Assembly (NCBI GenBank): GCA_963815195.1
Contig: CAWFGE010000018.1
Coordinates: 1 to 64,000, forward strand
Source of the DNA: an uncultured Planctomycetaceae bacterium
GTDB lineage: Bacteria; Planctomycetota; Planctomycetia; Planctomycetales; Planctomycetaceae
DNA length: 64,000 bases
Direction: 5' to 3'
In this document: positions 11,284 to 20,800 of the stretch, in pieces
Position numbering within the stretch: position 1 is the first letter of the stretch
Layout of the letters: every line of letters starts with the position of its first letter
Position numbers and translations under genes: made by a program
Notes under the pieces: generated by a model
Databases searched by the model: none
Told to the model about the DNA's origin: nothing
The model's input: the letters and a program-made list of their open reading frames with translations, nothing else

Positions 11284-13717
11284 TCGATTGTCGCCATGTG
11301 TTAAGAGGTTCGTCACAGTATCCAATTGCGGAGTGATAGTGGCCTGGTTCGGCTATACCAAGGTATGCAGGCAACTTCTTGTGCAGCGGGTTGTCTTTGT
11401 CGCGATACCGCGCATGTCGGCGAGGAATTGGAATAATCAGCCCTGGCCGAGTCGTGGCGTCACCGCTGATGTAAGCCCCGATATTGTCATCGTCCGGTAG
11501 CACACACGGTCGATTGTAGTCCGTCCCCTCCCGAAATGCCTCGCCGTCGTCGCCACGGCTTCCGACGGCGAACGCACCACTTATGAGAAATTGAGAATCT
11601 GGATCACCCTCTAGGGCCGGAACCGGTATGGAGGGGGAGTTCATGATTTCGTCCACTCTCGCCTGTGAGAGGTGGTCATATCCCTGCGCTTGCTGAACGA
11701 ACTCGTTTAAGCCGGCGAGGTCGTTGGTGGAATAGGGGCGATTTGCCTCTTCAGCGGAGTTACCGTCCGGTGTGTAAATCAAAACTTCGCCGGACTCAGT
11801 CAATGGCCGTGCACGGCGCTCGCGATTACAGCGACCCATGCGTTGCACGAACGCTGTCACTGGACAATGTTCGGTGACCAGTAAATCGACGTCGATGTCG
11901 AGACTCATCTCACAAACTTGCGTGGTGATTCCCAGTGCCGCTTGCTGGTTTCCCGGAGCCGGCTTCTTGAGGTGGTTCATTGTCTCCGCATGACGATCAA
12001 CGCGGTCGATGAGCCGAAAGCGGCTGTGATAACAAACGAGAGCGTGTCCTTCGCTAGTTGTCAACTGGTTCCCCGTGTCAGCCGCCGGATCGAAATGTGG
12101 CGCAAAGTCCTTCAGGATTTCGTGAGTCCGGCGTACCTGGTTGACAACCCAAAGCACCCGTTTGCCTTGACGAAGCGATTCCCAAACGCGCCCCGTTGCT
12201 TCGGCTCGATTGACGACGCGCGTCACGCGGTATCGAGGTAATTCAGCGATTTTCAGAAGGTCGTCGGGCCAATCGGGCGACGGCGATAGCTTGCATTCGT
12301 CAACGAGTTCTTTGCGGCGATTGGAGGGAAGCGTGGCCGTCATGCACAAGACTGGCACATCGAAGTTCTTAAGGAAACCCTTCAAGGCGGCAAACATATT
12401 GCGGTCGTAGCTGTGCACTTCGTCGATCACCACAATCGAGTCGGCCAGCACCGGCAGCATGCACATTGGGCTATAGGCGTATTGCATGAATGCGAGGAAT
12501 TGATCAACCGTGGCGGAAAATGCACGCCCCGGCCAGTATCCAAGCGAGAACAATCGTTGCTCGACTTCGTAGTTTCGATTGCCTCGGTCGTCGTTGGAGT
12601 CTTCAGGAGGATTCGCGAACATGCCATCGAGGTCAAATGCGCTTGTGCCGTGCATCAGCTTGGCATCGGCTTCGGGAGCCCAACTGACATAGTCTTTAAA
12701 GCCCTCACGTGCGGTGGCTCTCGTCGGATAGAGGAACAACACGTGTCGCGCCGGTCGTCGCACCAACTGAGCCGCAATCCACCGCCATGCCGCTAGCGTC
12801 TTGCCGCTACCGCAAGGTGCGAGGAGCAGTGCTCGAGCCGGTAAATGATCGCAGCCGAGTTGAAAGTCATTCCAGTCTTCCCACTTTCCTGCCGCCTTCA
12901 ATTCGCCGACACGTGGTTTGATGATGTCGTTCGCGATCCTTTCTTTGGTGAGCGGCACCGCCCGCGTCACGTTTTCACGGATCCAATCGATCACCCGGTG
13001 CCCCTGGCGCACCAGTCCCGAACCGGCGGCGTCTGCTGCAATGAGGGAAGCCCGAACGCCTACCAGTAGCCGAGAACGCCTGGAATCCGTCGCCAATTCA
13101 CTTTGGAGTCTCATCAGAGCGCCCCTGATGTTGTCTTGGTGATCATCGACATTGTTGGGATTGTTTCCAAATCTCCAAGTTTCCGGAAACATAGACGTGT
13201 CGAATTGAGGAAGGCCGACCTTAAGGCCGACGTCCGCCACCGCCTGGAAGTGGTCGTTGACAATCAAGCGAAAAATCTTTGCACCATCGGGCAACCTCCG
13301 GGCCAAGTCGGAAGACCGGCTACCCGCTTTCAAATGGTGCGTGAGAACGACGGACAACAAAAGGGGCACATCATAGCCGGCATGTTGCAGGGGTTGCGTG
13401 ACGCTCGGCAAACCAATCAAGAGCGTGCTGAGGTGTTCGTGGCGGATGGCTTGGGAACCCGTGCGGTGAAGCGCCGCTTGGAATGTGTTGTTCGCTTTAC
13501 CCCAATCGTGAAAGGCACACGATGCGAACAAATGGCGGCGGAATATCGGCCAAGTTTCTTCCGGCAATTGGAAGAATCGCAGCCATTGCGTTCCTAGGCG
13601 ACTCGGAGTCTTGTCTCCGAACAATTCCTGAGCAGCTTCAATCACATCGAGAGTGTGACCGAGAAGCGTCACAGGCTTCTGTCCCGCCTTCCGGCTTTTG
13701 GCGAGAATCTCATTCAT
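11276..13717 (-). CDS. cas3: Cas3 HD nuclease-helicase
   Basis: HDWGKAN HD domain, APCGSGKT Walker A, DEVH, MTAT, QRMGRCNR. Confidence 0.97.
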   Translation of the reverse strand: MNEILAKSRKAGQKPVTLLGHTLDVIEAAQELFGDKTPSRLGTQWLRFFQLPEETWPIFRRHLFASCAFHDWGKANNTFQAALHRTGSQAIRHEHLSTLLIGLPSVTQPLQHAGYDVPLLLSVVLTHHLKAGSRSSDLARRLPDGAKIFRLIVNDHFQAVADVGLKVGLPQFDTSMFPETWRFGNNPNNVDDHQDNIRGALMRLQSELATDSRRSRLLVGVRASLIAADAAGSGLVRQGHRVIDWIRENVTRAVPLTKERIANDIIKPRVGELKAAGKWEDWNDFQLGCDHLPARALLLAPCGSGKTLAAWRWIAAQLVRRPARHVLFLYPTRATAREGFKDYVSWAPEADAKLMHGTSAFDLDGMFANPPEDSNDDRGNRNYEVEQRLFSLGYWPGRAFSATVDQFLAFMQYAYSPMCMLPVLADSIVVIDEVHSYDRNMFAALKGFLKNFDVPVLCMTATLPSNRRKELVDECKLSPSPDWPDDLLKIAELPRYRVTRVVNRAEATGRVWESLRQGKRVLWVVNQVRRTHEILKDFAPHFDPAADTGNQLTTSEGHALVCYHSRFRLIDRVDRHAETMNHLKKPAPGNQQAALGITTQVCEMSLDIDVDLLVTEHCPVTAFVQRMGRCNRERRARPLTESGEVLIYTPDGNSAEEANRPYSTNDLAGLNEFVQQAQGYDHLSQARVDEIMNSPSIPVPALEGDPDSQFLISGAFAVGSRGDDGEAFREGTDYNRPCVLPDDDNIGAYISGDATTRPGLIIPIPRRHARYRDKDNPLHKKLPAYLGIAEPGHYHSAIGYCDEPLNTWRQSNG

Positions 13718-14376
13718 AACGTGTTCCTCGATTCGCTTGGATCAAACGGCACAAATACGCCGCAGCCCATGTGTCTTCGGCCGCCTAATCCTTGTTCCTG
13801 CAGGGTCAGCGACTCCTCCGCGGTGAGGGCCTCGATGATGACCTCGTAGCCCACGATGCTCGCGCCTTTGATGTCCATCGCCCGGCGTTGGGGTTCACCC
13901 TGTTTGGGGCCGGTGGGAATCGGCGGGATGCCCAGCACGGTTTCCTCCGAACTCCCCATCTCGCCGAGTTGTTTGCGGGCCGCGGCCAGAAAGATTTCCG
14001 GGGTCAGTTCCTCGGCCTTAACGTCCTTGACCTTGATGCAGACCAATCGGCTTCGCAGCGTCGTCGCCGGCGTGAGGGCAAAAACCTGAGGCACACCCAC
14101 GCGAAGGCTGGTCTCGCCCACGTGCAACGATTGGCCCGCGAGCGGCAAGAGTTCTGCGATGCGATCAGCCGGCGTACGGATCGTGAGTTTCGACCAGGGC
14201 GTGAGCACCATTTGATCTTCGCCGACTTTGCGGCCGCGGACCGGATGAATTGCAAAGCCGTTCTCCTGGTGCACGGCCGGCAACACCCGCGAGACGGCCC
14301 CAAACAAGGCATACCCGTGGTCCGAGGCCATCGGTTTCTGTGCCGTCACCGCGAAGGCTAAATCAACATGGGACAT
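13714..14376 (-). CDS. cas6: Cas6 (MYXAN/Cmx6 type)
   Basis: VDLAF...DHGYALFGAVS and C-terminal Gly-rich loop GLGGRRHMGCGVF. Confidence 0.95.
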   Translation of the reverse strand: MSHVDLAFAVTAQKPMASDHGYALFGAVSRVLPAVHQENGFAIHPVRGRKVGEDQMVLTPWSKLTIRTPADRIAELLPLAGQSLHVGETSLRVGVPQVFALTPATTLRSRLVCIKVKDVKAEELTPEIFLAAARKQLGEMGSSEETVLGIPPIPTGPKQGEPQRRAMDIKGASIVGYEVIIEALTAEESLTLQEQGLGGRRHMGCGVFVPFDPSESRNTL

Positions 14377-14386
14377 TTTTGGATTC

Positions 14387-14914
14387 CTAATTCTCGGCTG
14401 CTCTGGCTTTCAACAAGTGACAAATCGACTGCCAGTCTCGACCGACTGTGCGCTCGCTGACTTTGAGTCGATTGGCGATTTCGCGATTTGTCATCCCCCG
14501 CTTTTTCAAGATGACAACTTTCTTTTGGCGAAGCGGTAGCATGCGGCAGAGCGAGTTTAATCGCCAACGCGCCGAGGTGTTCTTTGAAGGGACAAGATAG
14601 ACCTTTTCAAGCATTTCCTGATTCACGAGTTGTGCTTCACGTCCCTGTTGAACCGAATTTCGACGCGCCATCGAATAGAGTTTTCGCTTGGCAACGAATA
14701 AGATAAAACGGTAGATGTCATCTGTCTTTGCGGATGCAAGAATGCGAGACGCACTTTCGCTGTTGGCAACGTTGAGGTAAATGGAAGCGAGCAATTCATC
14801 AGCATCACCAAGTTGGCACGCGCGCTGCAGATATTGTGCTTTCTTGGTCAAAAGGAATAGCCGAATGGCATTGGCTACGTGGTTCCGAACATTTTCGTTC
14901 CAAGAAGTGGGCAT
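14387..14914 (-). CDS. ECF-sigma-like / sigma-70 region 4 HTH protein (175 aa)
   Basis: AGGAGA RBS and ATG at 14914; C-terminal LPLRQKKVVILKKRGMTNREIANRLKVSERTVGRDW resembles region 4; stop is 10 nt before cas6. Confidence 0.7.
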   Translation of the reverse strand: MPTSWNENVRNHVANAIRLFLLTKKAQYLQRACQLGDADELLASIYLNVANSESASRILASAKTDDIYRFILFVAKRKLYSMARRNSVQQGREAQLVNQEMLEKVYLVPSKNTSARWRLNSLCRMLPLRQKKVVILKKRGMTNREIANRLKVSERTVGRDWQSICHLLKARAAEN

Positions 14915-14955
14915 TTGGAGTCTCCTTCTGCGTTTTTCAGCGGGGTTGCTGATCG

Positions 14956-14978
14956 AAGCACTTGCTGCTACCATAATA
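14956..14978 (-). promoter_or_regulatory. Putative cas operon -10 box (TATTAT) overlapping an ATG PAM and a 16-nt protospacer for the mini-array spacer
   Basis: Minus strand reads TATTATG-GTAGCAGCAAGTGCTT; 15/16 identity to the 5' end of spacer 15077-15110. Confidence 0.75.
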
Positions 14979-15040
14979 CATCGCAGTTGGATCGAGGGAA
15001 GTGACATAGAAATTGACCGAAATTTCTTTCGATCCGCGAT

Positions 15041-15146
15041 GTATTCGCTGTAGAGACGCCTCCGGGCGTTGAGCACGTAGCTGCAAGTGCTTGCTGTAGT
15101 TCGAGTTGCAGCCAAACGTAACCAGACGCCGTTAGGCGAAAAGAGA
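15041..15146 (+). ncRNA. crRNA-like regulatory mini-array (pseudo-repeat, 34-nt spacer, pseudo-repeat); CreR/CreA-like
   Basis: 15041-15076 matches the last 22 nt of the transcribed repeat at 20/22. 15111-15146 keeps GACGCCGnnAGGCG at the same register. Confidence 0.85.
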
Positions 15147-15162
15147 CGAGGCATTTCATTTC

Positions 15163-16164
15163 TCACACATCCGCCTCCAGTTTTTCGTGGTTTTCCAGGA
15201 TGGCCAAGCACTCGTCCCGGAGTTCCGTTCGTAAGTCGTCGGGTTCCAATACGACGGCGTGCTTGCCGAAGGATTGGATAAACGACTTAAGCTCCACGAA
15301 GCTGGCGACTTCCACTTCGAAGAGGATTGAGCCGTCTTTTTGCGGCGTGAGCTTCTGGCTGGGATGCCATTCGTATTCCTGAAGGAACCGAGCGACGGGC
15401 CGGCCGAAGCGGACAACCGCTCTCCGCTTGGGGCCGCCGTCCAGATAAACGCCGAAAGCATCCGCGAAGTATGCATCCAGATCGAAATGCTTGGGTTCGT
15501 TGAAGGGCGGGCCCGAGTTATCGACCTCGCTGATGCGGTTGATCTTGTAGTGCCGGATCTCGCGGTCGTCCGAGGAGAAGGCGACCAGGTACAGCGCCTG
15601 CTTGTGATACGCGATGCCGTACGGATGCACTTCGTGCTCGACCGGTTCCGTGGCCCGGAGGGATTGGTATAGAATGATGGTGATCTTGCGATCTTCGATG
15701 GCGACCATCAGGTCGTCGATGATTTCGGCGTGCTCCGCGTAGTCGGAATGGCCGAATCGCGAGCGGTACATGATGCGCGCCAGTTTCTCCAGGTACTCAA
15801 GTGCCACGTCTCCAAATGATGCGCGGATTTTTTCGAACGCCGATTGCGAGCCCTCCCAGAACACCGTTCCCGCGAGAGGCCCAAGGAATTCTCGACCCAG
15901 ATAAAGGGCAGCCGCTTCTTCCAGCGTAAAATGCCGTGCCGGGATGGAGGTGGCGTTATCGATTCGCCAGCGCTGGCGAAGATGAGCTTCTTTTTCCGGT
16001 TCGGCCAGAAAGCCGACCAATCGCAATTGGTCCAAGTCCCGGCGGATTGTTTTCAGAGACACGCCGAACTCCTCCGCCAGTTCGGTGACTGTGGCACCGT
16101 TCCGCCGCGCGGCCAGCGTGTTCAACAATCGCCATTGCCGGGTAATCTGTTTGGTGTCCGCCAT
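15163..16164 (-). CDS. wHTH-WYL-WCX transcriptional regulator (YafY/PafBC-like)
   Basis: N-terminal HTH (ELAEEFGVSLKTIRRDL), WYL domain (VHPYGIAYHKQALYLVAF...RHYKINRI) and WCX-like C-terminus. Confidence 0.92.
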   Translation of the reverse strand: MADTKQITRQWRLLNTLAARRNGATVTELAEEFGVSLKTIRRDLDQLRLVGFLAEPEKEAHLRQRWRIDNATSIPARHFTLEEAAALYLGREFLGPLAGTVFWEGSQSAFEKIRASFGDVALEYLEKLARIMYRSRFGHSDYAEHAEIIDDLMVAIEDRKITIILYQSLRATEPVEHEVHPYGIAYHKQALYLVAFSSDDREIRHYKINRISEVDNSGPPFNEPKHFDLDAYFADAFGVYLDGGPKRRAVVRFGRPVARFLQEYEWHPSQKLTPQKDGSILFEVEVASFVELKSFIQSFGKHAVVLEPDDLRTELRDECLAILENHEKLEADV

Positions 16165-16386
16165 CGCTCCCCCGTCATTGTGTTCTGGTTGACGGAGGCC
16201 ATATTACCAAATGTCGTGAGCGATTCACGTCCAACGAGACATTTGCCCAGAAACGGCCACTCGCTATCGAGTCACGCCATTATCTCGTCCCGCGTTTGAC
16301 CCGGTCGCATTGAAACTCACCGCCGGTAGTCATGGATCGCGACAATCACATTTTCCCAACCACCGATAAAGGGAACAGCGCGGTCG

Positions 16387-16998
16387 TCAACATAAGCGAA
16401 AGCGGGCGACTTCTTCAACCTCGATGCCGTGGAGTTTCAGCCTCTTTTCGATGGCGGCTCGCCCTTCCGGAGTCCGGCAGCGGCTTGAATGAATCACCAC
16501 GCGAAGCGATTGTCGCAGCCGTTCGATCGCGGCTTTGGTTCCGTGAATCGGCGGGTCGGGGATCACATCGGCACCGCACCATCCCGAGGTATAGGAGTGG
16601 ACGACGCCATCAAAATCCAGGCAGATGGTTCGTTTCGCCGGTTCGATGTCCGGCGGACCGGGGGCCGGTTGGGTTGCCAGAATCCGGTCAATCGCATCGT
16701 GCCCCGTAAGCCAGGTATCCTCCATGTCGGGTTCATCATTCCAGACGCGGGTGGAGTGGTCCCGCGTATGATGCCGACGGAACAATCGAAGCCAATCCCC
16801 ATAATGCTCCCACTGCGGTTGGCCGGGAAAGACTTCGGGGCGTTTGTCCAACCCCAAGGCTTCATGGTCGTCGACGATGCGCTGAGCAAGATTATTGACG
16901 GACCGAGTTTGCTTCGGCCCGTCGAAGATCGCCAGCACGTGAAATCCGCCGATGCCGTTGGAGTCCATCAGCAGCGGGTCAAGGCCCAGAAATCTCAA
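16387..16998 (-). pseudogene. Remnant of an AEP-primase-like / HAD-phosphatase fusion
   Basis: DSNGIGGFH resembles AEP motif II; ICLDFDGVVHSY is HAD motif I; the HAD part lacks its C-terminal motifs. Confidence 0.45.
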
Positions 16999-17877
16999 CC
17001 GATCATAGATTTGGCAAGCCGCATCGAAGGTGAATCTTGATCTGCGTCGGTGTGTCGGACCGACGCAGTTTTCTTCCGCTCAACACTGGGCCGATTGGAC
17101 CTCAAAACTCGCCGTCGTCAAAATGACGACGCAGCTACAGAGGTCTCCCTCACCGCCTGCAGTTGCACGAATCACGAACTTGCGTCGGTTTGTCCAACTT
17201 CGCACAGTTGGGAAACTCTCAAACTCGCGTCGGTGTAGAAGATGTGTAGAAGATCGACGCACCCGATTGTGGTTCTTGCACCTGGCCAGCGTAATGGATG
17301 GGTTGAACTGCCTTTTCAATTCATTGATTTCAGATTGTTATCATCATTCGCGCGATTTAATGGCTTGAAGGAGTCACATCCGGGTAGCAAATCCAAAGGT
17401 AGTGCTTGAGGAATTCCGTGGGGACATGGGCAAAAAAATCACAACTCAATTGTTCGTGGCGTCCCGTCGAATATTCCGACTTGTTGTCATGTCATTACCG
17501 GAAGTCCAGTTCGCCATGACGGTTGGCATTTGCCGCCATCCGCGGAGGGGCGGTGGTTTGGATCGCGGTTTCATTGGCGTTGCCGCTTGGGCATCCTCGA
17601 TCCCTCGCGAAATCTTGGTATTGGCAGGTGGGACCACGTGGATCATGGAAGAAAAGCGATCGCGAAAACATTCGCAGAAATCCGATGCCTTTTGGATGGG
17701 TATCGTTTCTTGGAACATCCCTCCAATACAGCAAAAACTCTTTACCGAGACCAAGCCGGCGAGACGGATCACTTTCGGAAACACGGACGCGAAAACCTGC
17801 TGCCCGGGGGCTTGGCGGTTCATTCAGGATATTTCTCAATCTGCCGAGTGCACAATGAATGGATTCACCGAGCGTCG

Positions 17878-20800
17878 TCAGCGTCGTCGCAACGCACGGC
17901 CAGTTAGGAGAGGTTCCAGTCCCACTTCCGGGAGACGAGAAAATACGACGTCCAGTTGTTCTGTCTCCTTTTGGCTGGCTTTTGTCGACAATTTTGCTGG
18001 GGTCTCGTTTAAAGAGCGAATACTTTTCTTCAGCTTACCTGCCGATTCGATTAAGAGACTCGCGTCATCCGTGGAAATCTGCCCCGTTTTCACAAGGACC
18101 TCGACACGATGGATGAACGCGTTCGTTTGTTTGTCGGCAGCATTTTCCCTCCCGCCAATAATGCTGGTCATTACGGCCCCCAACACTGACTTGAGAGAGA
18201 CGGCATCACCGTTCGTGAAACCACCTTGTGCGGCGAGAAGATTGACATCAGCCACGAGAACTCCAACCTGTTGTTCAGCCGAAAGGACGGTAAGCGTAAA
18301 CGTCTTGGCTGAGGAAGCGGCCCCCCCTTCATCAACTAGGATGACCTGTACGGTCGCCGTTCCGCTGGTGTCGGCCGCGATCTCGTAAGTCAAGGTGCCA
18401 CTGGCGGGATCAATGAATGGCTCCGCGGCAAACGCCAGATTTCCGGTTGTCCCAAGCACGGTGGTTTCGAAGGTGAGCGCCTGGCCTTGTTCATCGGTTG
18501 CGGTCGCGGGGCCGGGGGCGATGTTGGTCGCGAAGTTCGCGACGGTCTGCGGTCCCGCGTCTTCGGAGGAAGCCGGTGGATTGCCGGCAAGGGTGAACTC
18601 CGGGGGATCATTCACGGTGAGAACGGTAATTGTAAAGGTGTGAGTTGTCGATTCGGCCCCTTCTTCATCGCTCAGGATGACCGAAATGGTAGCCGTTCCG
18701 CTGGAGTCGGGCGTCGTGGAATAGGTCAACGTGCCCGACGGATCAATGAACGGAGCCGCGGCGAATGCGAGATTTCCGGTTGTCCCAAGCACGGTGGTTT
18801 CGAAGGTGAGCGTCTGGCCTTGTTCATCGGTTGCGGTTGCGGGGCCGGGGGCAATGTTGGTTGCGAAGTTCGCGACGGTCTGTGGTCCCGAGTCTTCTGT
18901 GGATACGGGTGGGTTGCCGGCAAGGGTGAATTCCGGGGGATCATTCACGGCGAGAACGGTAATTGTAAAGGTGCGGCAGTTGTCGATTCGGCACCTTCTT
19001 CGTCGCGCAGGATCACGGAAACGGTTGCCGTCCCGTTGGAGTTTGGCAACGTGGCATAGGTCAACGCGCCCGTGGACGGGTCAATGAACGGTTCCGCGGC
19101 GAACGCGAGATTTCCGGTTGTCCCAAGCACGGTGGTTACGAAGGTGAGCATCTGGCCTTGTTCATCGGTCGCGGTCGTGGGTCCGGGGGCGATGTTGGTT
19201 GCGAAGTTCGTCACGGTCTGCGGTCCCGAGTCCTCCATGGAATTCGGATCGCTTGCCAAGGTAAAGACAGGCGGATCGTTTACGGGGGTCACGTGGATAT
19301 TCACCGTCGCCGTGTCTCGTAACACGAAATCAACGAAGGTCTCCTTTCCGAAATCGATGTTGCCCTTAGGCAAGAGTCGTGCCCGGTCGAAGCTGAACGA
19401 CAACGGCTCCGTTTCGCCGGGGACCGTCACGATCTGCTGGAGCCTTTCATAATCCAATTCAAAGGAGATGATGTTCGTTCCATCGTCGTCGGTGTCGATC
19501 TCCAGCGAGACCACAACGACATTTTCCAGTATCCATTCCTCCAAAAGTCCGGAGGGCTCCAGTCGGCTGAGGGTCATCTGCGGAAGGATGGTTCCCGTGG
19601 CAACCGCATGGAACAGGCCGGGAGCGGATTTGCTCATCGGGGTGGTCAGGTGGAGACCACCCAGCTTTGGGTTCGACTGTCCGTTCGTGCCGATGATTGC
19701 ATTGCCCTCGATGAACCAGGAGCTCGCCTCGACGGCGATCTCACCGGAGGGCGTGACCAGGATCGTGGGTTCCTGTTCGCGGTCGAAGTCCTCTTCGCCG
19801 AAACCGGGGTCGGGGTCGATTGGCTCATTCTTTGTTTGGTCGTAACCGAACATCAAAACGTCCGCTTCGTCTTCACCGGTTTTGGGGGGAATCGTTACCT
19901 TCTGCTCGAGCGTTTTATAGTGTAATTCGAAGGAGATGAGTTGCGTGCCGTCGATTGCGGTGTCGACCTTCATTGAGACGATTTGCACTTCCATCAGTTG
20001 CCACTCCGTCAGCAGTCCCGAGGGCTCCCGCTGAAATAGAGTCATCTTTGACCCAAAAATTCCGGTGGCAACCGCGTAGAACAGGCCGGGTGAGGCTGCG
20101 CTTATCCGGGTACTCAAACGAAGATTCCCAAACTGCGGTTTCGAAGCACTATCGCCACTACTGCCGATCGTGGTGCTGTTTTGAAGGTCCCAGAAATTCC
20201 CCTCAACGGTGATCGCGCCCGAGTCGGCGACGAGCATCAAGGGAGTCTCGTCGGGGGGAAGATTCTTCACGCCAAAGCTGGGCTTGTCGCCAAACGTCTG
20301 CTCAATATTCCGGTCGTACCCGGTCGATATCGGATCGCCTGGGCCGGGCCGGGTCACGGTCTGCTCGATCGTTTCATAATCCAATTCAAAGGAGATGATA
20401 CTCGTACCGTCGATTTCGGTGTCGATATTCAGCGAGACCACAACGACATGTTCCAGCGTCCATTCCGTCAGTAGTCCAGACGGGTCCTGTTGACTGAGCG
20501 TCATCTGCGGGATGGGGGTTCCCGTGGCGAGAGCATAGAACAGGCCGGGCGAGGATTCCAGCATCCGGGTCGTCAGGTGGAAACGGCCAAACTGTGGGAA
20601 CGAGGGGTTGCCCCCGTCGATGTTTGTGTCCTTCTCGATGAACCAGGAGCTCTCCTCGATGGCGATCTCGCCGGAGGATGTGACCAGGATCGTGGAGACC
20701 TGTTCGTGGTCGAAGTCCTCTCCGCCGAAGCCGGCGTCGGAGCTCATTGGGGCATTCGTTGCTATGTTGTAATCGAACCTGAACTCCGTGCGAGCACCAA

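Noticed and set aside
14915..15211. N-terminal 99 aa of the 274-aa ORF 14387..15211
   Set aside because: Overlaps the WYL gene end, mini-array and promoter; a strong RBS supports ATG 14914.
17030..17870. Several short overlapping ORFs
   Set aside because: No recognisable motif or RBS; cannot support any.
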